Counted from the stretch's first letter, positions 1 to 10,508 are shown. The stretch is 64,000 bases of DNA from Gammaproteobacteria bacterium (GCA_013288885.1 JABDBA010000009.1:4713-68712), one strand, 5' to 3'. The notes: generated by a model from the letters alone, not told the origin. Program-made: numbers and translations.

Positions 1-429
1 TATATCACCTTTATCAAATTCATCTGAAATAAAATGTATCGTAACACCTGTTTTTTTTTCCCCATTGATTATAATGTATGGGCCACTTCGGTAACCTCTA
101 TATTTTGGCAATAATGTAGGGTGAACATTAATTGCATATTTTGCTTTATTGATAGCTTCTTTAGGTATCAAATAAGAAAAACCGCAAGATACCAATATTT
201 TATAATCAAGCTTTAATAGCGTCTCAGTAATATTACTCCGATCTACTTGTAAGACAGGCACACCAAATTCTATTGCCATAGCAATTACATTTTCAAACCG
301 CTTATTTTTTTCAGTTAAATAGGGTGTAACAACAGCTATAACTTGTCTTTTTTTTTCCAACAAAAAGCGAAGTGTATTCTCTCTCGCACCACCGGTCATA
401 AATAGAATATTCAACTCAACCTCCAACAT
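1..429 (-). CDS. Formyltransferase-family protein (Fmt/PurN-like N-terminal domain). Partial: the 3' end runs off the window.
   Basis: Reverse translation from the ATG at 429 gives MLEVELNILFMTGGAR...NVHPTLLPKYRGYRSGPYIIINGEKKTGVTIHFISDEFDKGDI. HPxLLPxYRG is the formyltransferase signature. It is absent from the ORF track because it is truncated at position 1. Confidence 0.6.
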   Translation of the reverse strand, partial: MLEVELNILFMTGGARENTLRFLLEKKRQVIAVVTPYLTEKNKRFENVIAMAIEFGVPVLQVDRSNITETLLKLDYKILVSCGFSYLIPKEAINKAKYAINVHPTLLPKYRGYRSGPYIIINGEKKTGVTIHFISDEFDKGDI

Positions 430-453
430 AAAAACCTTACGTCAAGTAAACAG

Positions 454-1491
454 TTAATTCGTTGCATTTGAATGCAACTCTGAAAATGGAAGTACGTAAA
501 AATTTGGAAATAAGGATAATAAATCGCTTGGAGTACGCGAAAGGAGCGAAAGATCGTTTACTTGAGTATAATAATAGTATCTTTTATCAATCGCACCCCA
601 CTTCTTTTTAAAGCGATAAACACCCTCCTGACTTTGCCATGTCCCCCCCCAATTCCACCATTTAAAACCACGCTGTGCGGCATTTTCCATTGCCGTGATA
701 ATAATCAACGGTATAGCTTGTAAGGAGCGATATTCTTCTTGGAGAGCAGGCGTAAAATACTCAACGGTCTTATTAAAATAAAAAAGTAATAATGCGGCAA
801 TTACTAACCCATCTTTTTTTGCAACAAACAAGTCATAATCCTCACCTGGTTTAAAATGCTTAGGGACCAGTGAAAAGAATTTTTCAGTTTTAAAAGAACC
901 TCCAATCGAACTAATATTAGTCTGATGAAGCTCTTTAAGACGAGGAAATGCTGAATGGTCTATGCTAACTTCAATTTCACTTGATAGAGCTTTTTTAATA
1001 TTTCTTCTTGCACTACCATCTATTCCATCTAAAAGTTTTTGTTGAATATTTTCCTCAACTGCTATAGATATATTAGTCCACTGACCAATACGGGAATCTG
1101 TATAATTATAAAGGAAGTTATTTTCCTTTTGTAAAAGCAAAGGATTGGTAACTACCGTTGCGGCAAGCACATTCGCAGCTCTGATAACTTCATTATAGAC
1201 GTTCACAAGTGCTTTTTCAGCTTCCGGTATAGTAGTTAAAATACCCCCATTACTTCCATAGTAAGGTAACGAATTATAGAGGCGCGAATCGGATTGTTGA
1301 TAATACATCAAAGGTAAAACACCCTTCACTTCCCCATCTTGTAATGCAAGTAAATATTGCTCCTCACAGCCCAACAACTCCTTAAGAAATCTTTTATATT
1401 TAATACTATAGTAAAAAAGAGACTGGGGATTACTTAACAAATAATCTTGATAAATATCTTCTAGTGCAGGACTAAGCAATTCTATTTTCAT
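454..1491 (-). CDS. FemAB-like / GNAT (Acetyltransf_6-type) aminoacyl- or acyl-transferase
   Basis: 345 aa. The C-terminal part (LFVAKKDGLVIAALLLFYFNKTVEYFTPA...RGFKWWNWGG...GVYRFKKKWGA) resembles FemAB-family proteins found in glycan loci. Confidence 0.5.
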   Translation of the reverse strand: MKIELLSPALEDIYQDYLLSNPQSLFYYSIKYKRFLKELLGCEEQYLLALQDGEVKGVLPLMYYQQSDSRLYNSLPYYGSNGGILTTIPEAEKALVNVYNEVIRAANVLAATVVTNPLLLQKENNFLYNYTDSRIGQWTNISIAVEENIQQKLLDGIDGSARRNIKKALSSEIEVSIDHSAFPRLKELHQTNISSIGGSFKTEKFFSLVPKHFKPGEDYDLFVAKKDGLVIAALLLFYFNKTVEYFTPALQEEYRSLQAIPLIIITAMENAAQRGFKWWNWGGTWQSQEGVYRFKKKWGAIDKRYYYYTQVNDLSLLSRTPSDLLSLFPNFYVLPFSELHSNATN

Positions 1492-1494
1492 AAG

Positions 1495-2733
1495 TTATTT
1501 TTTTGCAACATATAAGTATTGAGTATATGCATCATCAGCAGCGTTAACATGCTTCGTATAATCATCTACAGTAGATATCTGAATTAAAAACCGTTCTAGT
1601 ATTTTTATCGATTTTCGTTTTAACCAGGAATGTTTGTTCAGAAAACTATTTAGTCCACCCCAAAAATGCCAAGAAACAGGCAATTTTGCTGTGATATTGA
1701 GTAAATCAAAAAAACCAAGTGATTTATTAGAAAAAAAAGGGATAGCTTCCACTGTATTGAAACCAGCTTCCTTCAATTTACCAATCATAATTTCTTTTGA
1801 ATATAAAGAACAATGGAACGCATGTTTAATATCATAATTAGCATATTTCATTGCTGCTTTTTTTGAAAAAATCTTAAGGAAACGAACGAGCACCAGTGAT
1901 TTATAATAGTCTTCCCGAGGTGTTGTAAATAACAGCACGCCATCATCTTTCAACACACGATTTGCAAATTCGAATACGCCCTTTATATTAGGTATATGCT
2001 CTAAGACAGATATACTCACTATCTTATCGATTGTTTTGGAACCCAAACAAGAGGATGTTACATCCTCGCTTAAATGAAAATCATAATAATCTGTCCGACT
2101 AGCATATAGATCTATATTTATTTTTTTTATTGCTTCATATCCTTCGAATAAAACATTAAAAACATCCCCACCACCACCACCAATATCTAACACCACTCCC
2201 AATCTCTTTTCTGGAAGACTCTCTTTCAAAACTTTTATTTCCAATAATTTATGAATCGCCATTTCAGGAACATAACAATAGCTACTCGCTAACTGATGTA
2301 TAATTTTAGAGATAGCCGCATTAGAATACGATTGACGTCTTTTGAAAAAGAGCCAACAATAGCAATAGAAAAATATATAAATATAAAAAATAAAATAAAA
2401 ACATGCATTCAAACTTTTCTTGATAATTGAAATAAAACCCTGCAAACCGGGCTTCCATTGAACGTTCTCAATATAGGCAACCATGGGTGCAGTAATTTCA
2501 CCCAGATGTATAGTTTCTGCATACTTTTGATTAAAATTTGCTATTTTTTCTTTATTTATTACAGTAACACAATTAATTAAAACAGAGTCAACAACAGCTT
2601 TTTTATTACCACATTTACCACATTGAACAACAGCATCGATTGACTTACCATCAGATGATGTATTAAGAATTTTGATATTTAAATTATCAACATGATCAAC
2701 ACAACATGCCATATAATTCGTTAATTCAATCAT
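1495..2733 (-). CDS. Class I SAM-dependent methyltransferase with an N-terminal Cys-rich segment and an aromatic-rich TM segment
   Basis: SAM motif I VLDIGGGGGDVF, a CGKCGNKK zinc-ribbon-like motif, and the hydrophobic stretch FYFIFYIYIFFYCYCWLFF. Confidence 0.6.
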   Translation of the reverse strand: MIELTNYMACCVDHVDNLNIKILNTSSDGKSIDAVVQCGKCGNKKAVVDSVLINCVTVINKEKIANFNQKYAETIHLGEITAPMVAYIENVQWKPGLQGFISIIKKSLNACFYFIFYIYIFFYCYCWLFFKRRQSYSNAAISKIIHQLASSYCYVPEMAIHKLLEIKVLKESLPEKRLGVVLDIGGGGGDVFNVLFEGYEAIKKINIDLYASRTDYYDFHLSEDVTSSCLGSKTIDKIVSISVLEHIPNIKGVFEFANRVLKDDGVLLFTTPREDYYKSLVLVRFLKIFSKKAAMKYANYDIKHAFHCSLYSKEIMIGKLKEAGFNTVEAIPFFSNKSLGFFDLLNITAKLPVSWHFWGGLNSFLNKHSWLKRKSIKILERFLIQISTVDDYTKHVNAADDAYTQYLYVAKK

Positions 2734-2777
2734 TTAAATTTCTCTAAAATAGTTTATGAAGCCAATGATTTAAATAA

Positions 2778-4028
2778 TCAAGCACTCCAGTTTTTGTCAA
2801 TATGATCAACGCCCTCTATTACGAATTGCCTGCTGTTTTCCCGTTCATTAACCTTTTCTTCCCACATATCGCCGAATAAACTCCAAATATTACAGGTTTT
2901 ACATGCCTCATACTTATCCCACTTGCCCTCTAAATGCGCCCTACGCATTGCACTTAAACGTTCCCATGCTTCTATAAAAGTTATATCTCGGACATGCCCT
3001 AAGTAAGGCACACGATGATTCTCTTTCTCTGGAACATAATCGGGAACACTTGCTACACAGGGAGCATATTGTCCTGTCCACTGCAATTTAAAATGCATAA
3101 AAATAGAACCACAAGGATAGCGTTTTTCAGGTGCTTGGTGGATAGGCGTAAAACCAGCTTTTTCCCACTGTTGTTTGAGATTCCAATTGTCACCACCCCA
3201 ATTGCCTACTGGTCTAAACGCAACACCATCTATTTTTTTCATCCAATGTTCACGAAATTTTTTAAAATCCTCTTTAAGCTCTTGAAAGCCCAAGATATGA
3301 CTTGTGATTTTCATTTTTGATTTTTTCTCTTCACGGATTTCACAAATCCGTTCTAAATTTCTCCAAACGCGATCAAAATGATCAACTTGCATCATTTTTT
3401 CATAGGCTTGTCGAGTCGGCGCATCAAAACTATAAGAATAGTGATCTAAGCCCTCATCCATTAGCTCACGAATTTTATCCTCTTTAAAAAGAGAACCATT
3501 TGTTGCCATTACGATAGGGAGTTTAGGTCTAACTTGTTTCATTAATTTAATCGCAGGTACTAGATTAGGAGCAGATAATGTCTCAGAGTAAGATGAGATA
3601 TTTAGCATAAGATTTTCTTCTGGCATTTCAGAAAGTGCTTTCCGCAAAATATCCATATCAAGCCACCCTGCTTTTTCTGGTTTCTGTACCGATTGCGGAC
3701 AGAAAATGCAAGAGTGATTACAGGGCGCTACACCTAAAGTTACAGAAAAATTAGTCGGCAATTTCGTTTCACCGATAACTACTTTGGCGTAATTAAGTTT
3801 TTCCTCAGCTGTTCTAAATGGAGCAATCTTACCCAGCAAACCAAAATCTCTGATTTCTGCCTCTTGGGCGGCATCAATTTTTTCCTGAGCTGCAATTTTT
3901 TCCTGAACTGCATCAACCTGACTTAGATTTTCAGCCTGGTTAGACATTTGTGTTTCTTCAGCATTGGGCTGATTATTACTCGGCGATCCCATTAACCCTT
4001 TCAACCATCTCTTAAAATTCTGTCTCAT
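2778..4028 (-). CDS. Radical SAM enzyme (possibly with a SPASM-like C-terminal Cys cluster)
   Basis: CxxxCxxC motif in GVAPCNHSCIFCPQ. Additional C-terminal cysteines (CGSIF...APCVAS...CKTCNIW). Low-complexity Q/E/A-rich N-terminus. Confidence 0.75.
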   Translation of the reverse strand: MRQNFKRWLKGLMGSPSNNQPNAEETQMSNQAENLSQVDAVQEKIAAQEKIDAAQEAEIRDFGLLGKIAPFRTAEEKLNYAKVVIGETKLPTNFSVTLGVAPCNHSCIFCPQSVQKPEKAGWLDMDILRKALSEMPEENLMLNISSYSETLSAPNLVPAIKLMKQVRPKLPIVMATNGSLFKEDKIRELMDEGLDHYSYSFDAPTRQAYEKMMQVDHFDRVWRNLERICEIREEKKSKMKITSHILGFQELKEDFKKFREHWMKKIDGVAFRPVGNWGGDNWNLKQQWEKAGFTPIHQAPEKRYPCGSIFMHFKLQWTGQYAPCVASVPDYVPEKENHRVPYLGHVRDITFIEAWERLSAMRRAHLEGKWDKYEACKTCNIWSLFGDMWEEKVNERENSRQFVIEGVDHIDKNWSA

Positions 4029-4078
4029 ATTTTTCTCCCATCTATATTTAGTAAAGATTTTATTAAAAACGATTAACT

Positions 4079-5023
4079 TTAAGTTTTATTAGCAACCACA
4101 GTAATACCAGCATCTTGAACATTAATATGCTCAATTTTCAAACCAGCTTCACTACACCATTTTTTAATCTCTTCTGGAGTATGCCTCTGACAGTTAAGAG
4201 GTCTAAACCAATCAAAATTAACATGGTTCATTTCATCAAACGAATATTCTGGGCGATAATATAACTTGCAAATATTCCAATAGAAAAAACGTTGAATATC
4301 AAGTTTTCCTTTGTTGATACCCAAATAAGGAATATCTTCTGGTACATCTACATCGATATTAAGTTCACCCAATGCAATACCCAATTTTGTTAAAGGTTCT
4401 AACGCCCTCCATGCTTGCTCATCTGACATGACCTGTAGTTGCTGGCGAATATGATCATCAGTAAATTCACGGACTGTTGCTTTTTTTCGATAAACATAAA
4501 ATAGAAAACGGCCACCTACTCGCAATTTTTTCGCGAGCACTTTAATTGATTGTTCTGTGTTATCCGTATGATGTAGCACACCCTCTGAAAAAATTATATC
4601 GGTAGAGTTATCTGGGATTGGAATATCAAGTAAACTGGTTTTAATAAAATCACCTTGATATCCCGCTTCAGCAAATCGTTCTCTTGCCACATTAACTGCG
4701 TCAGAAATATCAACACCGAGATAATCATGGTTAGTTAAATATTTATCAAAAAAAAGTAACGCGGAGTGACCGGAACCACAACCCGCATCTAAAATTATTT
4801 TTCGATCGCCTGCTAACCATTTTTCCAATCGTGTTGGATCATTATCACAATAACGCTCATATAACCATTTCTTGGTAGATTCTTTGACCGCTTCAGATTC
4901 ATAGGTATCACGTTTAGCCCATTTAAAGCCAAACGTTTGCTCTGTTTGTGATTGCGCATCACTGTACGCAGAATCTACTTTGAATTCAGCTTCATTAACC
5001 CCTAGTCTTGCCAATGCTGACAT
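4079..5023 (-). CDS. Class I SAM-dependent methyltransferase
   Basis: Motif I ILDAGCGSGHSALLF and a post-I acidic residue (GVDIS). 314 aa. Confidence 0.7.
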   Translation of the reverse strand: MSALARLGVNEAEFKVDSAYSDAQSQTEQTFGFKWAKRDTYESEAVKESTKKWLYERYCDNDPTRLEKWLAGDRKIILDAGCGSGHSALLFFDKYLTNHDYLGVDISDAVNVARERFAEAGYQGDFIKTSLLDIPIPDNSTDIIFSEGVLHHTDNTEQSIKVLAKKLRVGGRFLFYVYRKKATVREFTDDHIRQQLQVMSDEQAWRALEPLTKLGIALGELNIDVDVPEDIPYLGINKGKLDIQRFFYWNICKLYYRPEYSFDEMNHVNFDWFRPLNCQRHTPEEIKKWCSEAGLKIEHINVQDAGITVVANKT

Positions 5024-5043
5024 GTCTCACCCTATTAAAAAAA

Positions 5044-6924
5044 TTAAACTCCATTATTTTTCAACCACTCCTCAAAATTCAACAACGACCAGATAAACAA
5101 ACGCCGATTTTGTTTACCTTCCAAATGCTCATTAACCAATGCCCGTACCGCCACCGGATTCATAAAGTCGTATATTCTAGCATGATTATCGAACACAATG
5201 CGCCTAACATAGTCAATACTTTCGCCTTTAAACCAAGAGGCATCCGGTGCCGAAAACCCTTTTTTCTCTGCAGAGGTGATTTTTTCTGGAATGTATCTTT
5301 GCATCACATCGCGTAATAATATTTTACCATCCTGGTTTTTTTCGAAATACTTGGCCGATTTTGGTCCCGGTTCATTTTCATTTAAGCATACTACTTCGGC
5401 AACATTTTTTAATTTCATTCTTACCGGCACTTGCATGGCAAAATCAACCAAATCGTTATCTAAAAACGGCACTCGGGTTTCTAGGCCATGCGCCATGCTC
5501 AACTTGTCTTCTACCACCAATAGCCCATGTAAAAAAGTTTTGGCTTCAAAATATAAAGAATGGTTCACGTAATCTTCCGGCTGCGTCAATTTAGCGGCAT
5601 GTTCGTGGAACACCCCCCGAAAAATATCACTGGTTTGAACATGTTTTACTTGATCCCAAATCGGTGCAAATACCCCTTGTAAAGCTGAATTGGGTATTAA
5701 TCGCTGCCAAAACTTATAATATTTATCGATATAATGGTCAAAATCATCATTGGCGACTGCTCGATAATAGCGCCACGGGTAGCCGGCAAATAACTCATCG
5801 CCGCCTGCCCCTGATAGCACTACTTTAACAAATTTCGAGGCTAATTTGGCTATATAATAATTAGGATAACTCTGCCCTACTCTTGGCTCTTCTAAATGAT
5901 AAGCCAATTTGGGCAGCACCCGCTCCATATCACCTGACTTTAATACCATTTCATAATGTTCAGTCTTAAAAAGATAAGACATATATTCGGCATGTTCACG
6001 CTCATCAAAGCCAAGCTCTAAACCCGAAGCCGATCGTAGATCAAAACCACAGGTAAACGTTTTCATAAAAGGGTGTTGGCGCGCTGCCAGTGCGGTGATA
6101 GAACCGGAATCCATACCGCCACTTAAATAACAGCCCACATCCACGTCACTCACTAACTGGCGATTAACTGCCTGGCTAAATAATCGATCCAACTCGTTGG
6201 CATATTCGGTTTCATGCAGTGGGTGCTTAGGTTCAGCAAAGTTAAAATCCCAATAGCGATACGGGTCCAATTTATTCGTTTCTTTTTTTAACGCTAATTT
6301 AGCCCAACAACCGGCGGGGAAAAGATGAATACCTTGTAACAGCGTTTTATCGGTAAAAATATTTTGAAAAGTAAAATATTCTAATAATGCTTCAACATCA
6401 ATATTGCGACGCAGATCAGGGTGGGCCAACAACGCTTTTTGTTCTGAACCAAATAAAAATGTTCCACCCATAAACGTATAATAGAGTGGCTTGATACCAT
6501 AACGATCACGCGCTAAAAATAATTCTTGCTGTGTTTTATCCCAAATCGCAAAAGCAAACATACCATTAAAACGATTAACACATTCAGCGCCCCATGCCAT
6601 ATAAGCATTGAGCACCACTTCTGAATCTGTTTTGGAATGAAAACGATGACCTAAACTTTCTAACTCTGCACGTAGTTCTTGAAAATTATATATTTCGCCA
6701 TTATAGGTAATCACATATTGATTATCGGATGTAACCATCGGTTGATGACCGGAAGCAGAAAGATCGATAATCGCTAAACGTCGATGCCCAAGCCCTACCG
6801 AGCCATCGATGAAAACACCTTCGCCATCAGGACCACGATGCGCAATAGCATCCATCATCCGTTTTAGAATAACCGGAGAAGCAGGTTGTTTATTGAAATT
6901 AACTATTCCGGTTATGCCGCACAC
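5044..6924 (-). CDS. Asparagine synthase (glutamine-hydrolysing)-family amidotransferase, probably for sugar amidation or amidino formation
   Basis: N-terminal MCGITGIV (Ntn Cys2), SGGMDS PP-loop, 626 aa. It sits inside a glycan locus and overlaps the upstream gene by 13 nt. Confidence 0.85.
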   Translation of the reverse strand: MCGITGIVNFNKQPASPVILKRMMDAIAHRGPDGEGVFIDGSVGLGHRRLAIIDLSASGHQPMVTSDNQYVITYNGEIYNFQELRAELESLGHRFHSKTDSEVVLNAYMAWGAECVNRFNGMFAFAIWDKTQQELFLARDRYGIKPLYYTFMGGTFLFGSEQKALLAHPDLRRNIDVEALLEYFTFQNIFTDKTLLQGIHLFPAGCWAKLALKKETNKLDPYRYWDFNFAEPKHPLHETEYANELDRLFSQAVNRQLVSDVDVGCYLSGGMDSGSITALAARQHPFMKTFTCGFDLRSASGLELGFDEREHAEYMSYLFKTEHYEMVLKSGDMERVLPKLAYHLEEPRVGQSYPNYYIAKLASKFVKVVLSGAGGDELFAGYPWRYYRAVANDDFDHYIDKYYKFWQRLIPNSALQGVFAPIWDQVKHVQTSDIFRGVFHEHAAKLTQPEDYVNHSLYFEAKTFLHGLLVVEDKLSMAHGLETRVPFLDNDLVDFAMQVPVRMKLKNVAEVVCLNENEPGPKSAKYFEKNQDGKILLRDVMQRYIPEKITSAEKKGFSAPDASWFKGESIDYVRRIVFDNHARIYDFMNPVAVRALVNEHLEGKQNRRLFIWSLLNFEEWLKNNGV

Positions 6925-8066
6925 CGGACACCTTTAATGGTTGCAACCACATATTCATAATCTTCCTTGGTCATTTTGTTGTGCAGTGGAATAGCCATTG
7001 AATAACGATCACAATCACGCGCACCGGGGAAATCATCTGGCGCTAAACCAAATTTTTGTTGATACAAACCTAGCATGTGCACAGCGTGTGTGCCAGGGCG
7101 CGTACTAATGCCTTTATTTTGTAAATATTCCATAATTGCGTTGCGCGGTAACGGCGCTTTGCTTTCATCTATGAAACAGACAAAAGACTGCCAACCATGC
7201 TGATAATCTTCGGGCGTAACAGGTGTACGCAGCCATTCAACACCCGCTAATTCTTTGCTGTAATAATCAGCCCAACGTTGACGTTCTGCAATAAATTGAT
7301 CTAGTTTTTTAAATTGCACAAGACCTATTGCACCTTGAAGATCAGTCATACGATAGTTAAAACCCAGCAAATTAAAATCAGCTAAAATATAAGGTCTAGG
7401 ACCATGATGTCTTTGCTCTTCAGAAATACTTGCGCCATGATTACGTAACATATTCATTTTTTCTGCTAAGGCATCATCATTAGTAGTTACCATGCCCCCT
7501 TCACCCGTAGTCACTGATTTACGCGGATGAAAGGAAAATGCTGCTGCTAACCCTAGTGCACCGGCTGATCGTTTTTTATAAAAACTACCCGATGCGCAAG
7601 CCGCATCTTCGAGCAATGGAATACCCGGTGCTACTTTTGTTAAAGCATCCATATCAGCACACAAACCAAATAAATGAACAGGAATAATCGCTTTGGTGCG
7701 CGGTGTAATTTTAGCTTTAACTTGTTTAATATCCAGATTATAAGTAAGCGGATCCACATCTACAAACACTGGTGTCGCACCACAAAACATCACTACATTG
7801 GCGGTTGCCACCCAGGTAAAAGCAGGCACGATCACTTCGTCACCAGGGCCAATATCAAGTGCCGCCAACATCAAATGTAAACCTGTCGTGCAACTGGTAA
7901 CGGCAAGTGCATGTTTTACTTGATGCCGTTGCGCAAATGCTTTTTCAAAAGCAGCCACTTTGGGGCCTTGCGTCAACCACCCGTTCATGATGGGTTCGCG
8001 TACGGCTTGCCATTCTTCTTCGCCCGTGGCTGGGGTTGATATCGATATATTGCGGATAGTTGCCAT
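6912..8066 (-). CDS. DegT/DnrJ/EryC1/StrS-family PLP sugar aminotransferase
   Basis: 384 aa with typical family blocks (VIVPAFTWVATAN, FSFHPRKSVTTGEGGM). Confidence 0.85.
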   Translation of the reverse strand: MATIRNISISTPATGEEEWQAVREPIMNGWLTQGPKVAAFEKAFAQRHQVKHALAVTSCTTGLHLMLAALDIGPGDEVIVPAFTWVATANVVMFCGATPVFVDVDPLTYNLDIKQVKAKITPRTKAIIPVHLFGLCADMDALTKVAPGIPLLEDAACASGSFYKKRSAGALGLAAAFSFHPRKSVTTGEGGMVTTNDDALAEKMNMLRNHGASISEEQRHHGPRPYILADFNLLGFNYRMTDLQGAIGLVQFKKLDQFIAERQRWADYYSKELAGVEWLRTPVTPEDYQHGWQSFVCFIDESKAPLPRNAIMEYLQNKGISTRPGTHAVHMLGLYQQKFGLAPDDFPGARDCDRYSMAIPLHNKMTKEDYEYVVATIKGVRCAA

Positions 8067-9076
8067 TATTCAATTCCTACAGCGGCACGCCGTTCTGCCA
8101 CTTCTTTTTTATGAGTATTACGCCATTCAATTAATTTTTTTAATCCTTCGCGCAAAGTAACCATGGCCTTAAAATTTATTTCTTTCTCTGATTTCACTGG
8201 GCTACCGATTCTATTTTTAACAAAGGTCATGCCAGCTGGTTCGTATTGAATTTTTTGACTAGAGCCGGTGATTTCTAAAATCAACTCAGTCAATTGCTTT
8301 ATCGTAGTTCGAATGCCCGTGCCTACGTTATAAAAATTATCAGTCGCTTCTGCTTTCATGGCGCAAACGTTTGCACTACCACAATCACCCACATAAACAA
8401 AATCATATGCTTGTGATCCGTCGCCATAAACTTGCGGTGGTAAATTTTGATCGAGGCGATCTAAAATTTTCATGATGACTGCAATATATGCGCCACGATA
8501 ATCTTGCCGCGCGCCGTATACATTCATGTAGCGCAAACCAGCGTAATCAAAATGTTGATCGGTTTTTTTATAACGATGATATAACGCACGACACATATGT
8601 TCGCCCGCAATCTTAGTAGCGCCATAAAAATTATTATTATTGTAAGGATGATCTTCGGTCATCGGTTCTTCGACGGCATCACCATAGACAGAGGCTGAAG
8701 AAGAATAAACCAAACGCTTAACCCCATTATTGACCACCGCTTCTAACACATTAAAAGTGCCGCCAATATTCACTTCAAAAGCCGAACGGGGATAATCATA
8801 GCAATGCAGCAACCAGAGTGCTGCGAAGTGAAAAACACCATCGATATCTTTCATCGCAGCGTTTAAAATATCTCGATGTAAAATGTCCCCACCTGCTGGG
8901 AAAATAGTAACGCGAGGATCTTTCAAAGCATCGATTATATTTTCGCGACTACCACGGGTGAAATTATCGTAGATACGAATTTCTTTGACATCTTCTTTTA
9001 ACAAGGCATCGACAGTGTGTGATCCGATAAGACCAGCACCACCGATTAATAATAAACGCTTACCATTGATATCCAT
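8066..9076 (-). CDS. NAD-dependent epimerase/dehydratase (extended SDR)
   Basis: Rossmann motif GGAGLIGSH and catalytic YGATKIAGE (YxxxK). Its stop overlaps the start of the downstream gene. Confidence 0.85.
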   Translation of the reverse strand: MDINGKRLLLIGGAGLIGSHTVDALLKEDVKEIRIYDNFTRGSRENIIDALKDPRVTIFPAGGDILHRDILNAAMKDIDGVFHFAALWLLHCYDYPRSAFEVNIGGTFNVLEAVVNNGVKRLVYSSSASVYGDAVEEPMTEDHPYNNNNFYGATKIAGEHMCRALYHRYKKTDQHFDYAGLRYMNVYGARQDYRGAYIAVIMKILDRLDQNLPPQVYGDGSQAYDFVYVGDCGSANVCAMKAEATDNFYNVGTGIRTTIKQLTELILEITGSSQKIQYEPAGMTFVKNRIGSPVKSEKEINFKAMVTLREGLKKLIEWRNTHKKEVAERRAAVGIE

Positions 9077-9107
9077 AGTTTTTTTGAGTTAGTTAAGTTA
9101 AGTAAAG

Positions 9108-10196
9108 TTAAATTGCTTCGCGCAAAGCAGTGATTATTTCTTGCATTTGCTTCTCACTCACATACGGATCCATCGGCAAACTCATCACGCGTTTTGCTGC
9201 TTGCTCGGAAACAGGAAAGCTGCCTTCTTTTAGATTTAGCGGGGCAAACACTTGTTGCATATGCAATGGGATTGGATAATGCACAGCCGTAGGAACACCT
9301 ACTGTTTTAAGTTTTTCTTGCACTTTTTCGCGGTTATCCACTTGCACGGTATATTGCGCATAGACACTGGTGTTGCCTTCTGCAACATGAGGCACAGTCA
9401 CATAATCTTTGAGTAAATCGCTGTAACGCGCACCAATACGCGCACGGTCGATAACCTCTTCGGGGAAGATTTCTAATTTCGCCAATAGAATCGCCGCTTG
9501 TAAAGTATCTAAACGACTGTTCATTCCGAGCAAACGATGATGATAACGTTTGTCTTGGCCATGCACACGAATTTGCCGCATATCAGTAGCGAGTTGATCG
9601 TCATTGGTAAAACATGCACCACCATCGCCGTAACAACCCAAAGGTTTAGAGGGGAAAAAGCTGGTGCTACCAATGGTAGAAAGATTGCAGGATTTTTTGC
9701 CTTTATACATTGCTCCAAAACTTTGCGCAGCATCTTCGATAACAGGAATTTTGTGTTTGTTAGCAATCGCGTTAATCGCATCCATATCCGCACATTGACC
9801 ATATAAAGAAACCGGCATAATGGCTTTGGTTTTAGGTGTAATAGCTTGTTCGATTTTTTTAGGGTCGATGTTAAAGGTTTTGGGGTCAATATCGACAAAA
9901 ACAGGCTTAGCGCCCATTAAGGCAATCATTTCACCCGTGGCAATAAAGGTAAAAGGCGTAGTAATGACTTCATCCCCAGCTTTAATGCCCAACGCCATCA
10001 TTGATACCATTAAACTATCAGTACCATTGGCCATAGTGATACAGTGTTTAGCCCCTACGTAATTGGCTAGTTTCTCTTCCAATTCCTGAACTTCCGGCCC
10101 CATAATGAATTGGCCATGTTCCAATACGGTTTTAATGCGTTTGTTAACTTTTTCTTCAATGCGTCGATATTGGGTCTTCAGGTCAATAAATTGCAT
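9108..10196 (-). CDS. wbpE: DegT-family aminotransferase, WbpE-like (UDP-2-acetamido-2-deoxy-3-oxo-glucuronate aminotransferase)
   Basis: 362 aa DegT-family sequence (MQFIDLKTQY..., SFFPSKPLGCYGDGG). The locus also has WbpA/B/D-like genes. Confidence 0.7.
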   Translation of the reverse strand: MQFIDLKTQYRRIEEKVNKRIKTVLEHGQFIMGPEVQELEEKLANYVGAKHCITMANGTDSLMVSMMALGIKAGDEVITTPFTFIATGEMIALMGAKPVFVDIDPKTFNIDPKKIEQAITPKTKAIMPVSLYGQCADMDAINAIANKHKIPVIEDAAQSFGAMYKGKKSCNLSTIGSTSFFPSKPLGCYGDGGACFTNDDQLATDMRQIRVHGQDKRYHHRLLGMNSRLDTLQAAILLAKLEIFPEEVIDRARIGARYSDLLKDYVTVPHVAEGNTSVYAQYTVQVDNREKVQEKLKTVGVPTAVHYPIPLHMQQVFAPLNLKEGSFPVSEQAAKRVMSLPMDPYVSEKQMQEIITALREAI

Positions 10197-10508
10197 AGTT
10201 TAGAGCCTCATTGGGTAGTTTTTAGGGTTATTGGGTCAGTATTTTACCCTAAATTAGGGCGGGTGGACAGAGTAAATCTAGTATCGCAGGAAAGAATAAT
10301 CACTAAAAAACCTGCTGGAATGGTTATAGCAATTCCAGCAACCACCCTATAAAAGCTGACAAAATTTAATTTAAAGCGTGCAAACTCACCCGCTATCCCT
10401 AAGGTTTACTTATAGATAACAACCTGTTATATTGCCCATGCTTTCTTTGATTTCCGCAACCAGAAAGAAAATTTCACTTTAAATTAATTTTTAACAGAAG
10501 GGGTTTTT

